In this document: positions 1 to 9,424 of the stretch, piece by piece
Layout: each line of letters opens with the position of its first letter
Position numbering within the stretch: position 1 is the first letter of the stretch
Origin: an uncultured delta proteobacterium
GTDB taxonomy: Bacteria > Myxococcota_A > Polyangia > Polyangiales > Polyangiaceae
DNA: 64,000 bases
Direction: 5' to 3'
Assembly: GCA_963839305.1 (NCBI GenBank)
Contig: CAWIUL010000011.1
Span: forward strand, 2,633,561 to 2,697,560
Made by a program: the position numbers and the translations under genes
Notes under the pieces: generated by a model
What the model saw: the letters and a program-made list of their open reading frames with translations, nothing else
The model's database searches: none
What the model was told of the DNA's origin: nothing

Positions 1-50
1 GCTCCGCGTGTCGGATCGCGGCGTTCGCTGGGGTCTCGCCGAGTCACTCG

Positions 51-443
51 TCACGGCCCGCACGGCGGCGCACAGCCGCTGACGCACTGGTCGCACGCGA
101 CGACGCACGCGGCGTTGCACGCGTTCTGAGCGTCGGTGCACTGCGCGTGGCAGGCCTTCGAGCCGTCGTCGAGGTTGCACGCGGCGTTGCACGCCTTCGC
201 GTTGGTGGCGCAGACCTTCTTGCACGCGTCCTTTTCCGCGCTGCACCCGCTCGCGTCGCACGTGCTCGCTTCTAGAACGCTCGCGTCGTGGGCGCTCGCG
301 TCTCCCGGCTCTTCGGCGCCTGCCTCGTCGTTCGTTGCGGTATCGCTCCCGGCGTCCGGTCCCTCCACGCGCGGGTCTCTCCCGACGACCCAGGTGCAGC
401 CAGCGAACGCGAACGCGAGGATGGCCCACCGCAGGTGGCTCAT
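51..443 (-). CDS. Small secreted Cys-rich lipoprotein (130 aa, 16 Cys in repeated A-C-x-x-x-C spacing).
   Basis: Signal peptide with lipobox LAFAGC. Acidic linker, then a Cys-rich C-terminus. Its ATG overlaps the TGA of the upstream gene (TGATG at 441-445). Confidence 0.55.
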   Translation of the reverse strand: MSHLRWAILAFAFAGCTWVVGRDPRVEGPDAGSDTATNDEAGAEEPGDASAHDASVLEASTCDASGCSAEKDACKKVCATNAKACNAACNLDDGSKACHAQCTDAQNACNAACVVACDQCVSGCAPPCGP

Positions 444-1300
444 CAGAACCTCATCGAGAGCGTGGGCGTCGCGTGACGCGTGTGCGACGTCGCGAGCAAC
501 ACGATGCTCGTGACGACGAGCACCGCGCCCACACCCAGGAAGACGTCGCTCGCGATCGCGAACGAGTGAGCGGCGTCGTGCGCGCTCACGCCCTCGGGCG
601 TCGTGCAGATCCCGTTCGGACACTGGGCGTTGCTCGCCGAGAGGCTCGTCAGCGCGAAGACGCCGGTCACGGTGCCGGCGACGAGCGACGCGAGGCCCAC
701 CCCGCCGAGCGTGAACCCGACGGCGCGCTTCGGGTCCGGCCGACTCGCGCCGTGCTCGACTTGGAGATCGCGCTCTTCGCCGCGACGCACGATCACGGTG
801 TACGACTGCTCGCGATATCCGCCCTCGCGAACGACGACGAAGTGTCGGCCCGGATCGACGGGCAGCGCCACGCCGAGCGTCATGTCGCCGAGCTCGACGC
901 CATCGCGAAACACGCGCGCCGTCTCGGAGGCGTGCGCGAGGCGCACGCGAAGCTTCGGCATCGAGCGCTCGAGGTTTCGCGCGCGCTCGAGCGCCACGGC
1001 CTTTCGGTCGTCGGTCTCCGGGAGCGCGTCGGCGAGCGCGAGGAAGTCGCGCCACGCGCGGGTGAGCTGCCCGCGCGTCTCCTCGCAGTCGGCGAGGTTC
1101 AAGAGCGTCCCGGGCGCGGGGTCGAGCCTGTGGCTCGCCTCGAACTTCTCGCACGCGACGGCGAAGTTCCCGAGATCGGCCGCGCGGCGGCCTTCGCGAA
1201 ACAGGAGCTCCGCGTCCACCGCGGAGCGCCCGTCTGCTCGAGCTGCACCTGCGGACGAGATCACGAACGCGAGCGCGAGGAGCGACGAGTGCGTGCGCAT
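443..1300 (-). CDS. Secreted/membrane-anchored hypothetical protein (285 aa) co-transcribed with the Ser/Thr kinase.
   Basis: N-terminal signal peptide, TPR-like helical region, C-terminal TM segment. Tightly coupled to the kinase stop (1303) and the downstream lipoprotein. Confidence 0.6.
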   Translation of the reverse strand: MRTHSSLLALAFVISSAGAARADGRSAVDAELLFREGRRAADLGNFAVACEKFEASHRLDPAPGTLLNLADCEETRGQLTRAWRDFLALADALPETDDRKAVALERARNLERSMPKLRVRLAHASETARVFRDGVELGDMTLGVALPVDPGRHFVVVREGGYREQSYTVIVRRGEERDLQVEHGASRPDPKRAVGFTLGGVGLASLVAGTVTGVFALTSLSASNAQCPNGICTTPEGVSAHDAAHSFAIASDVFLGVGAVLVVTSIVLLATSHTRHATPTLSMRF

Positions 1301-1302
1301 GG

Positions 1303-2679
1303 TCAGTATCGCCGGTCGAACAGGGTGCTTCGGCGGGAGAGGCGGCTGACGCTGCTCGCGCGCGAGCCGATCACGTCTTCGTGCGATCGCGCGTGCGTCA
1401 TCTGCGGCTGGATCTGGATCGCGGGCGACGCGTTCGGCTTGGCCCGCAGCGGCGCGTCGTCGTCATCGACGTCTTGCACGTCTTGCACGGCGAGCGGCGC
1501 GAGCGGAGGCGGTGGCTCGACGTTCGCGGCAGCCGCAGCGAGCGGTACGAGGGGCGAGACGGCCACGGCGCCCTCCGAGGGCTCCGTTCGCGCGTGCGCG
1601 CTCACGACGAACGCCCCGATGAGCGCGACAGCGACCGGCGCGACGAGCGCGGCGAGGAGCGGCGTGCGAGCGCGGCCGCGGCGGATCGTCGTCGCGAGGC
1701 GCGCGCGGATCGACGACGCGATGGACACCGCGGGTGTCGACGTGTCCACGCTCGGGGAGGGCGTCGGAGGGATCGGCTCGCCCGTGAGCGCGACGTGCGC
1801 CGCTTCGACCGCGGCGCGCATTTCGACCGCGTCCGCGTAGCGCGCGCGTTTGTCGTACGAGAGCGCGCGATCGATGATCTCCGCGACGACGCCGGGCACG
1901 TCGCCGGCTTGCTTCACGGGCCGCGCGGGGCGCGTGATGACCGCGACGAGCAGCTCGGCCACCGTCATCGCACCGGGGTGAATCGGCTCCCCGGTCGCGA
2001 GCGAGAACATCGTCGCCCCGAGCGAGTAGAGGTCGCTCTGCGCGTCGACCGCTCGCCAGTGTCCGCGCGCTTGCTCGGGCGCCATGAACGCAGGCGTGCC
2101 AATCGGCTCACCCGATTGCGTCACGCGCTGCGCCTCGCCGAGCGCGTTCCATCGCGCGATCCCGAAGTCGAGGATCTTCACCATCCCGTCGTTCGTGAGG
2201 AGCAGATTCTCCGGCTTCACGTCGCGATGCACGATGCCTCGCGCGTGTGCGCACGCGAGCGTGTCGAGGATCTGCGCGGTGAGTCGCAAGAGCTCGCTCG
2301 GCGGAAGCGTTCCGCCACGATCGAGCGCGAGGTGGTCGAGCGTCTTGCCCGCGAGCAGCTCCATCACGAGGAAGGCGCTGCCGTCCTCCGTCTCGTCGTC
2401 GTCGAGCACGCGCACCGCGCCGACGTGAGCGACCTCGTTGGCGAGGCGACCTTCACGCAGGAAGCGCTCGCGACAATCCTTCGTGCGCGAGAGCGCGACG
2501 TCGAGGACCTTCACGGCGCCGCGCATCCCGTTGCGGTGGCGCGCTTCGTAGACGGCGCCCATCCCGCCGACGCCGATGAGTCGCTCGAGGCGCCACTTCC
2601 CACGAAGCGTCGAGCCGATGCGCTGATGCGCTTCGTCCTTCTGAACACTTTCGGGCGGCTCCAGCAGAACGGTCGGCAC
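1303..2679 (-). CDS. Serine/threonine protein kinase.
   Basis: Hanks kinase motifs: GVGGMGAVY...AVK, HRDVKPENLLL, DFGIA, GTPAFMAPE. GTG start in track. C-terminal Pro-rich region plus TM. Confidence 0.9.
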   Translation of the reverse strand: MPTVLLEPPESVQKDEAHQRIGSTLRGKWRLERLIGVGGMGAVYEARHRNGMRGAVKVLDVALSRTKDCRERFLREGRLANEVAHVGAVRVLDDDETEDGSAFLVMELLAGKTLDHLALDRGGTLPPSELLRLTAQILDTLACAHARGIVHRDVKPENLLLTNDGMVKILDFGIARWNALGEAQRVTQSGEPIGTPAFMAPEQARGHWRAVDAQSDLYSLGATMFSLATGEPIHPGAMTVAELLVAVITRPARPVKQAGDVPGVVAEIIDRALSYDKRARYADAVEMRAAVEAAHVALTGEPIPPTPSPSVDTSTPAVSIASSIRARLATTIRRGRARTPLLAALVAPVAVALIGAFVVSAHARTEPSEGAVAVSPLVPLAAAAANVEPPPPLAPLAVQDVQDVDDDDAPLRAKPNASPAIQIQPQMTHARSHEDVIGSRASSVSRLSRRSTLFDRRY

Positions 2680-3013
2680 GGAGACCCGTCGAGCAAGAAG
2701 CGTGCGCTTGGCCGAAACGGGCCGCTTCGTGGGGTTTGCCGGGCGGTCGCAGCTTCGTCCTCACCACGAACGCCACAACCCGCACGGGGTCGCCCCAACG
2801 GTCAGAAACACAAAAGCACACCTTATTGATTTGCATCAATGAAAGCGGCCTTCGATTGGTTGACAAGACGAGGTCTAAAAAAGTAGAGTGCGCCTGCCTG
2901 ATCCTCTAGCCGCGGTTCGACAGTTACGAACGAACGGCTTACCGGCAATCTCACGCTCCGACTGCAACTCGGGAGCGCGCGATGTTTTTTGTCGAGAACA
3001 CCAAGGAGACGCC

Positions 3014-3520
3014 ATGCAAGTTGGAACGGACGTCAAGTTCAAGGTTGGCGACAAGGCGGTTTACCCGGCGCACGGCGTCGGCGAGATCGTCCGCATCGTG
3101 GAGCTCGACATCGCTGGCGCGCGTCAGAAGTTCTACGAGGTTCGCATCCTCGACAAGAACCAGAAGACCGTGAAGATCCCGGTCGCCACGGCCTCGAACG
3201 TCGGACTCCGCCAACTGGTCGGTGAGCAGGAGATCGAGGAGATCTTCGACATCCTCCGCGAGCGCACGATCAACTTCGACAAGCAGACCTGGAACCGCCG
3301 CTATCGCAGCTTCCGCGCGAAGATCCAGACCGGCTCGATCTACGACGTCGCCGAGGTGCTTCGCGATCTGTACCGTCTCAAGACGGACAAGCAGCTCTCG
3401 TTCGGCGAGCGGTCGATGCTCGACATGGCGCGCACGCTCATCGTCAAAGAGATCGCGTGCTCGCGCGGCCAGACCGAAGAGCAAGTGAAGACCGAGATCG
3501 AGTCGATCTTCGTCAACTGA
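3014..3520 (+). CDS. cdnL: CarD_CdnL_TRCF family transcriptional regulator (CdnL).
   Basis: MQVGTDVKFKVGDKAVYPAHGVGEI... is the typical CdnL N-terminal RNAP-interacting domain. RBS AAGGAG sits 7 nt upstream of the ATG at 3014. The ORF extension from 2888 was rejected. Confidence 0.9.
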   Translation: MQVGTDVKFKVGDKAVYPAHGVGEIVRIVELDIAGARQKFYEVRILDKNQKTVKIPVATASNVGLRQLVGEQEIEEIFDILRERTINFDKQTWNRRYRSFRAKIQTGSIYDVAEVLRDLYRLKTDKQLSFGERSMLDMARTLIVKEIACSRGQTEEQVKTEIESIFVN

Positions 3521-3521
3521 C

Positions 3522-3770
3522 TCACGTCTCGAGGAGCCCGAACTCCCAGCTCTCGTCCGGCTCGCGTAAGCCGGCGATCGCCGCCTCCACGCGCTGAAGG
3601 AGCTCTTGCGGGCTCGCGCGTGGGGAGGGGCGCACGGCGACGGCGATTCGTTTCAAGCCGTTCTCCGCTGGCCATTGCCACACGCGGGCCGCGGCGACGC
3701 CGTCGACTGCGTAGACGATCTCCAACATGCGACGCATGCGGGGTGAGAGCTCCGTTCCGGTCTGGGTCAT
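3522..3770 (-). CDS. Small hypothetical protein (82 aa), last gene of the nosL-like ABC operon.
   Basis: ATG at 3768-3770 overlaps the stop of the upstream NosL-like gene (ATGA). The sequence is coding-like and not Arg-rich. Confidence 0.5.
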   Translation of the reverse strand: MTQTGTELSPRMRRMLEIVYAVDGVAAARVWQWPAENGLKRIAVAVRPSPRASPQELLQRVEAAIAGLREPDESWEFGLLET

Positions 3771-4153
3771 GGTGCGAGCGCCTTTTCGTCGACGTCGGCT
3801 AGCGCGAGCGCGCGCGTGCCGCCGTGATCTTTTTCGAACTTGGCGACGCGCGCGGCGTCGACCGGGACGAGATCGGGTCCCATCGGGCCGACGACGTCGC
3901 TCCCGATGACGAAGCGCACGTCCGACGCGGGGCGGAGCGCGCGATCGTAGTAGTCCTGCACGCGCACGGCGCCGTGCTTTCCGCCCTCGAGCCACGTCGA
4001 GAGCGCGCAGCGCGGCGTGTCGAAGCGTCGAGCGTCGAGCTCCGCGTTCCACGGGCTCGTGGGATCGATCTTCATGCCGCAGCGCGCGCATCGCGCGCCG
4101 TCCTGCTTGCAGGAAGCGACGAGGAGTAGCGCGAAGAGCGATCGAGCTCTCAT
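3767..4153 (-). CDS. NosL-like copper-chaperone lipoprotein (128 aa).
   Basis: Lipobox LLVASC. Motif CARCGMKIDP matches the C-x-x-C-G-M-x-I copper-binding motif I recall from NosL. Further similarity to P. stutzeri NosL in ...CALSTWLEG... and YVIGSDVVGPMG. ATGA overlap with the upstream permease gene. Confidence 0.75.
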   Translation of the reverse strand: MRARSLFALLLVASCKQDGARCARCGMKIDPTSPWNAELDARRFDTPRCALSTWLEGGKHGAVRVQDYYDRALRPASDVRFVIGSDVVGPMGPDLVPVDAARVAKFEKDHGGTRALALADVDEKALAP

Positions 4154-5169
4154 CGGAAGAGCGAGGCTCCGTTCGAGACGAACGCCCAGCGCGCGACCGG
4201 GATGATGCACATCACGGTGCAGACGACCCACGCGATCGCGCCGCGACGAAAGCGCGACGACGCGAAAGAGCCCCACGATTCGCGGAGCGCAGGCGCGCGC
4301 GCCAAGAGCGCGGACGCGCCCGCGCCGAAGAGCCAGATGGCGCCGAGGAGCATCGCGCCGAAGAGCGGGTAGCCGATCGCGGCGAAGTCGGGACGAAGGA
4401 GACAGAACGGGCAATGGTGCTGCGGCGCCTCGAACGCGTACGGCGCGACGTGCAAGACGACCGCGGCGAGCCCGAGCGGCAGGGCCAGCGACGCGAGCGC
4501 GCCGGTGAGCACCGCGAGCGGACGGCGCGGGCGGCGAGCGCACGCGAGCGCGAGCGCGATCGACGTGGTGCCCGCGATCGCCGCGAGGACGACCGACACG
4601 ACGCGGGGTCCCGCGGCGGTGCCCGCGCGCGCGGACGCGACGGCGTCGAGCTGCACCGAGCAGCACGAGGCGACGACGCTCAGATCGAGGTCCAGCAAGA
4701 ACACGATCTGAAGCGCGAGATCGATCGCCGCGAGCGGCGCGACGAAGAGCGTGGCCCACGCGAGCGAGCGAACGAGCTCCATGCCTCGAACGCGCGCGTC
4801 GAACGCGAAGAGCTGCGCGAGCGTTCCCGCGGCGAGCGCTGCGACGAGGCTCGCGCCGAGCGCGCGGAACCCCCACGGGCTCGAGTTGAACGTGCCGTAC
4901 GCGCACATCGCGCCGCGGATGCCGCGACTCAGCTTGTCGGCCGCGAGCGCGGAGAGGAGCAGCGCGACGACCTGCGCCGCGGCCCCGACGCGAACGAACG
5001 TGGCCGCGAGCTCGACGCGCCGCTCGAGCGCGAGCTGGCCTTCGGTCGCGCGCATCACGTCGAAGCGGCGAATCACGGTGAGCGCGGTGAAGCTCGCACG
5101 GACCAGCAGCGCGGTCGCGACGACTCCTGCGATGACGCGGAGGAATACCCACGGCTCGAGGAGCTGCAC
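4150..5169 (-). CDS. Polytopic membrane protein (339 aa), probable ABC transporter permease partner.
   Basis: About 8 hydrophobic TM segments. Positioned between the ABC ATPase and the NosL-like gene. Contains an HHCPFC motif. Confidence 0.7.
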   Translation of the reverse strand: MQLLEPWVFLRVIAGVVATALLVRASFTALTVIRRFDVMRATEGQLALERRVELAATFVRVGAAAQVVALLLSALAADKLSRGIRGAMCAYGTFNSSPWGFRALGASLVAALAAGTLAQLFAFDARVRGMELVRSLAWATLFVAPLAAIDLALQIVFLLDLDLSVVASCCSVQLDAVASARAGTAAGPRVVSVVLAAIAGTTSIALALACARRPRRPLAVLTGALASLALPLGLAAVVLHVAPYAFEAPQHHCPFCLLRPDFAAIGYPLFGAMLLGAIWLFGAGASALLARAPALRESWGSFASSRFRRGAIAWVVCTVMCIIPVARWAFVSNGASLFR

Positions 5170-5173
5170 GGCC

Positions 5174-5848
5174 CTATTCTAGCGTGCGAATGCGGCCATC
5201 TGTGACCTCGATGATGCGCGTGACGCCGGGCGCGGCCGTGACGCGCGCGTCGTGGGTCGCGGTGACGATGGCACAGCCGTCCTTCGCGATCGCGCCGATC
5301 TCGCCGAGTATCTGCGCGGCGCGAGCGTCGTCGAGGTGAGCCGTGGGCTCGTCGAGCAGGAGGAGCTTGGGGTTTCCGAGCATCGCGCGTGCGATCGCGG
5401 CGCGCTGGCGCTCGCCGCCCGAAAGCTGCCGCGCCTTGGTATGCGCGAGCGACGCGATCCCGAAGCGCTCGAGGAGCGCGTCGGCGCGCGCGCGATGCTC
5501 GTCGCGAACGCCCACGGGCACGAACGGCAGAAGCACGTTGTCGCGCACGGTGAGGTCGTCGATGAGCTGCAGGTCTTGAAAGACGAACCCCACCGTCGTC
5601 CGTCGAAGGACCGCGCGGTGCTCGTCGCGAAGGCGAGAGGTCGGCTCGTCGTCGAAGAGCACCTCGCCGGCGGTCGGTCTCGACATGGCGCCGATGAGCG
5701 CGAGGAGCGTCGTCTTGCCGCTCCCGCTCGGCCCGCGCAGCACGATCCACTCGCCACGCGCGACCTCGAAGCTCGCGTCGTCGACGATCGTACGGCGCGC
5801 GCGCCCATCCCAGACCTTCTTGGTGACGTTGCGAACGGCGAGCAGCAC
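5174..5848 (-). CDS. ABC transporter ATP-binding protein (FtsE/LolD/MacB-like).
   Basis: Walker A GPSGSGKTTLL, signature LSGGERQR, Walker B LLLLDEP, H-loop. GTG start. Confidence 0.9.
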   Translation of the reverse strand: MLLAVRNVTKKVWDGRARRTIVDDASFEVARGEWIVLRGPSGSGKTTLLALIGAMSRPTAGEVLFDDEPTSRLRDEHRAVLRRTTVGFVFQDLQLIDDLTVRDNVLLPFVPVGVRDEHRARADALLERFGIASLAHTKARQLSGGERQRAAIARAMLGNPKLLLLDEPTAHLDDARAAQILGEIGAIAKDGCAIVTATHDARVTAAPGVTRIIEVTDGRIRTLE

Positions 5849-5983
5849 GGCGTGCCATCATGTGTCATGCGCTTGGGGGCTGACAACCGCGTCGTGCTCG
5901 CACCGCGGGAAAATCGCTAAACAAGGTGGTTGCCAGCTGTTGTGCCGCTGGCACTTGGCGTGCATGCTTGGGGCTGGGCCTCC

Positions 5984-6289
5984 ATGCGCCTTCGCGTCTT
6001 CACCCTCGTCTGTCTTTTTTCCGGCGCCGCCGCGGTCTGGGGCTGTTCACTCAACCCGCAGCCGCTCCCGCCGGACACGGCAGACGGCGGGATTGACGCG
6101 TCCCAGCTCTCTGGGCCGGACGCGACGGGTGGCGCCGATGCAGGCAACACTGCGGACACGTCTCCTCCCCCTACGGGCGACGCGTCGATCGACGCGACGG
6201 AAGATGCGGGCGAGGACGCCAACGACGCCAGCGATGCCAGCGACGGGAGCGAGAGCGACGCGCTCGCCGACGCGGGAGAAGACGGATGA
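5984..6289 (+). CDS. Acidic Asp/Ala/Gly-rich lipoprotein, paralog A.
   Basis: Signal peptide with lipobox VWGC, followed by a conserved SLNPQPLPP motif and a low-complexity acidic tail. The start at M19 of the longer ORF was chosen. Confidence 0.6.
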   Translation: MRLRVFTLVCLFSGAAAVWGCSLNPQPLPPDTADGGIDASQLSGPDATGGADAGNTADTSPPPTGDASIDATEDAGEDANDASDASDGSESDALADAGEDG

Positions 6290-6582
6290 AGCTCCGTACG
6301 CTCCTCGTCGCGCTCGTGGCTTTCGCTTGCAGCGCAGGTGCGTGCTCGCTCAACCCGCAACCGCTTCCGCCGGGCCAGTACGACGCGGCCACGACCGGAA
6401 GCCCTGACGCGGGCAAAGGCGACGACGGCGGCGCGTTCGGCGACGGCGGCGTGCCGACGAGCGAGGACGCAGGAAGCGACGCGAGCGAGGAGGACGCGGG
6501 CGACGCAGAGACCGACGCGGGCGCGGGCGACGCCGAGGTCGACGCCGAGGTCGACGCGGTCGCCGACGCGCCGAGCGACTAA
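6286..6582 (+). CDS. Acidic Asp/Ala/Gly-rich lipoprotein, paralog B (tandem duplicate).
   Basis: MKLRTLLVALVAFACSAGACSLNPQPLPP... has the same motif as the upstream gene. ATGA overlap with paralog A. Confidence 0.6.
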   Translation: MKLRTLLVALVAFACSAGACSLNPQPLPPGQYDAATTGSPDAGKGDDGGAFGDGGVPTSEDAGSDASEEDAGDAETDAGAGDAEVDAEVDAVADAPSD

Positions 6583-7100
6583 CGCACGTACTCGTCGAGC
6601 ACGTTCGCGGCGATGTCCGCGAGGATCCCGTCCGTCACGCGGAGGCGACGCGAGAGATCGCGCGCCACGTTGAGCACGACGATCGCGTACGATTTCACGT
6701 CGTGCCGATAGAGCGAGTCGAGATCTTCGGCCGCGATGCGGAGCAGGCGCGTGGGCGCGAGCGAGCGCACGGTCGCCGAGCGCGGCTGGACGTCGATGAT
6801 CGACATCTCGCCGAACGCGTCGCTCGGGCCGAGGATCGCGATGCGTTGCGTGCGGCCGCGACGGCTCTTCTTGAGCACTTCGACCTCGCCGTCGAGGACG
6901 ACGAACATGTCGTGGCCTTGATCGCCCTCTTGGAACACCGTGGCGCCCGGCGCGACGCGGCGCTGCTGGAGCATGCTCGCGAGGTGCGTGAGGACCTCAT
7001 CGGAGAGCGCGCCGAAGAGGCCGATTTCGCGCAGACGATCCGTCGTCGGGGGGCCGTCGACCGGCGCGGCGTTTGGCATGCGCGGCTGACTGCTACTCAT
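6579..7100 (-). CDS. Cyclic nucleotide-binding domain protein.
   Basis: cNMP-binding fold motifs (FQEGDQG..., FGEMS). The internal ATG at 7098-7100 was chosen because it overlaps the GNAT stop. The longer ORF to 7244 was rejected. Confidence 0.75.
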   Translation of the reverse strand: MSSSQPRMPNAAPVDGPPTTDRLREIGLFGALSDEVLTHLASMLQQRRVAPGATVFQEGDQGHDMFVVLDGEVEVLKKSRRGRTQRIAILGPSDAFGEMSIIDVQPRSATVRSLAPTRLLRIAAEDLDSLYRHDVKSYAIVVLNVARDLSRRLRVTDGILADIAANVLDEYVR

Positions 7101-7540
7101 GACGCGAGCTCCTTCGAGAACACGATGCGCTTTCGCCCCGGTCCCGCGTAGTCGTCGATTTCGTGCGCGGCCCACCCCTGCGAGGTGTGGAAGCGAATGG
7201 AGCCTTCGTTGCCCGTGGTCGTGATCGCCTTCAGCTTCGTGCAACCCGCGGCGACAGCGCCCTCGGTGAACTTCGCGTAGAGGCGGCGACCCACGCCCTT
7301 GCGGCGGTGATCGGGGTGAATTCCGACGAGGTGCACGTAGCCCGTGCGCGTCGGCTCGTGGGCGATGAACCCGAGGAGGAAGCCGATCATCTCACCGCCT
7401 TCTTCCACGACGAGGGCCATGCCGCCGAGCTCGTAGAAGAAGATCGGGTGCGCGAAGGTGCTGATCGGACCACCCCACCAGTGGTCGATGACCTCGACGA
7501 TGCGGTCGAAGTCGGCTTTGGTGATCTTCCGCGTGTCCAT
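7097..7540 (-). CDS. GNAT family N-acetyltransferase.
   Basis: GNAT motif A region HRRKGVGRRLY. 147 aa. Confidence 0.85.
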   Translation of the reverse strand: MDTRKITKADFDRIVEVIDHWWGGPISTFAHPIFFYELGGMALVVEEGGEMIGFLLGFIAHEPTRTGYVHLVGIHPDHRRKGVGRRLYAKFTEGAVAAGCTKLKAITTTGNEGSIRFHTSQGWAAHEIDDYAGPGRKRIVFSKELAS

Positions 7541-7601
7541 CCCGGGTTGAGCCGAAACATCGAACTTTTGGAGGGCCGGCGCAACGCCTTTCGGTTAGAT
7601 C

Positions 7602-8273
7602 GTGCGCATGACCCGCCTCCGCATCGCTCCGTCGATCCTGTCCGCCGATTTCGGACGTCTGGCGGACGAGGTGCGCGCCGTCGAGGCCGCGGGAGCCGAT
7701 GTGATCCACGTCGACGTGATGGATGGCCGCTTCGTCCCGAACATCACCATCGGCCCGCCCGTCGTGGCCGCGTTGCGCAAGGTGACCAAGCTCCCGCTCG
7801 ACGTCCACCTGATGATCGTCGAGCCCGAGCGGTACGTCGAATCATTCGCGGAGGCGGGGGCCGACACGATCCTCGTGCACGTCGAGGCGTCGCCCCACCT
7901 CCACCGTACGCTCCAGTCGATCCGCAAGCTCGGCAAGCGCGCGGGCGCGGTGCTCAACCCTTCGACGCACGAGAGCACGCTGCTCTACGTGATGGACGTG
8001 GTCGACCAGATCCTCGTGATGAGCGTGAACCCCGGGTTCGGCGGGCAATCGTTCATCCCGGAGGTCCTCCCCAAGGTGCGCGCGGTGCGCGCGATGATCG
8101 GCTCGCGCGACGTCGACATCGAGATGGACGGGGGGATCGCGCCGGGCACGATCGGACCGGCCGCGGAGGCGGGCGCGAACGTGTTCGTCGCGGGCAGCGC
8201 CGTGTTCGGATCGAAGGACTACGCGAAGACGATCGCGGCGCTCCGGGCGGAGGCCGAGCGCGCGACGCGATGA
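7602..8273 (+). CDS. rpe: Ribulose-phosphate 3-epimerase.
   Basis: Full-length match to the Rpe family: [25 protein letters not shown]. Confidence 0.95.
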   Translation: MRMTRLRIAPSILSADFGRLADEVRAVEAAGADVIHVDVMDGRFVPNITIGPPVVAALRKVTKLPLDVHLMIVEPERYVESFAEAGADTILVHVEASPHLHRTLQSIRKLGKRAGAVLNPSTHESTLLYVMDVVDQILVMSVNPGFGGQSFIPEVLPKVRAVRAMIGSRDVDIEMDGGIAPGTIGPAAEAGANVFVAGSAVFGSKDYAKTIAALRAEAERATR

Positions 8274-9409
8274 GGGCGCTCGCGGCGCTGCCCGTGATCG
8301 CGATCGCGCTCGCGTGCGGCGCCTCGAAGCCGCCGAGCCTAGACTCGCGGGAGCTCTTGCCTGCGCCGAGCGCCAAGCCGGACGCGCCCGCGATCGATCC
8401 CGTGCTCGCTCGCATGGCGCGCGCGAGAGAGCTCGACGCGGTGCGTCCCGTGCGGCGCGTTTCGGTCGATCGCGCCGAGTGGATCGCGACGCTCGAGGCC
8501 CACGTCGCGCGAGAGGTGCCGCGTGACGAGATCGACAGCGAAGAGTCCTTCTTGAAGGCGCTCGGCGCGCTCCCGCTCGACGTGGACTACGAGCGCGGCG
8601 TCTACGACTCGATCCGTGGAAGCGGCGGCGGGATGTACGAGCCGTTCGATCGCACGATCTACCTGCCCGATGATCTTCCTCCCGGAGAGCTCGAGCGCAC
8701 GCTCGAGCACGAGTCGGTTCACGCGCTTCAGGATCAACGTTTCGATCTGCGCGCGTTCGAGCGGTATTTGCCTGGCGCGACCGACACGATGCTCGCGCGG
8801 TCGTGCCTCGCGGAGGGCGACGCCTCGGTCGCGGCGAACGAGCGCTTCTCGCCGAGCGCGGCCACGTACATCGAGCGCGAGCTCGCCGCGCCGTACGTCT
8901 ACGGCTCGGCGTTCGTCTCGGCGCTCCGCGCGCGAGGCGGGTGGGCCGAGGTCGATCGCGCGTGGAAGCGGGAAGCGCTGACGACGCACGAGATCCTCCA
9001 CCCCGAGAAGTGGCCGAGCGCGCCGCCAGCGCAAGTCCCCGCGCCCACCTTCGCGACGCTCGGCGGCGCATTTCACGTGGCGAGCGTCGACGTGAAGGGC
9101 GAGCTCTCGCTCTTGCTCGTGCTCCAGTCGATCGGCGCGAGCGCGCGCGTCGAAGCGCCCGCCGCGGGTTGGGCCGGTGATCGCGCCGTGCTCGCGCGCG
9201 ACGGAAAGCGCACCGCCCTCGCGTGGCGGATTCGCTTCGAGGACGACGTCACGGCGAGCCGCACGGCCGCGCTCTTCGGCCCGTGCGACGAGCGCCGCTT
9301 GAGCCCGATCGCCGCGTTTCGAGCCGCGCGCGACGTCCTCGTCCTTTCGGGACCTGCCGGCGCGCGGTGCGATCTCTTGGCGCGCTGGTCGAAGGAAGTT
9401 TTGCCGTAG
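8270..9409 (+). CDS. Putative zinc-metallopeptidase-like lipoprotein (HExxH).
   Basis: Signal peptide with lipobox IALACG and an HESVH motif. ATGA overlap with the rpe stop. Sits in the true frame inside a long spurious 748-aa ORF. Confidence 0.65.
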   Translation: MRALAALPVIAIALACGASKPPSLDSRELLPAPSAKPDAPAIDPVLARMARARELDAVRPVRRVSVDRAEWIATLEAHVAREVPRDEIDSEESFLKALGALPLDVDYERGVYDSIRGSGGGMYEPFDRTIYLPDDLPPGELERTLEHESVHALQDQRFDLRAFERYLPGATDTMLARSCLAEGDASVAANERFSPSAATYIERELAAPYVYGSAFVSALRARGGWAEVDRAWKREALTTHEILHPEKWPSAPPAQVPAPTFATLGGAFHVASVDVKGELSLLLVLQSIGASARVEAPAAGWAGDRAVLARDGKRTALAWRIRFEDDVTASRTAALFGPCDERRLSPIAAFRAARDVLVLSGPAGARCDLLARWSKEVLP

Positions 9410-9424
9410 TAAGGTCCCAAGACC

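Noticed and set aside
335-1840. Long Arg/Ala-rich ORFs in alternate frames or on the opposite strand of real genes. Examples: 335..1840, 1381..2829, 7163..9409, 7842..9071, 8339..10078, 11904..14510, 14962..16983, 17847..18929, 19885..21147, 43789..46053.
   Set aside because: Typical shadow ORFs of approximately 70% GC DNA. Extreme Arg/Asp/Glu composition, no motifs, and they overlap well-supported genes.
5917-6360. Minus-strand ORF antisense to the tandem acidic lipoprotein genes.
   Set aside because: Mirror low-complexity (Ser/Ala/Pro-rich) translation of the GA-rich repeat DNA. The plus-strand genes have signal peptides and lipoboxes.
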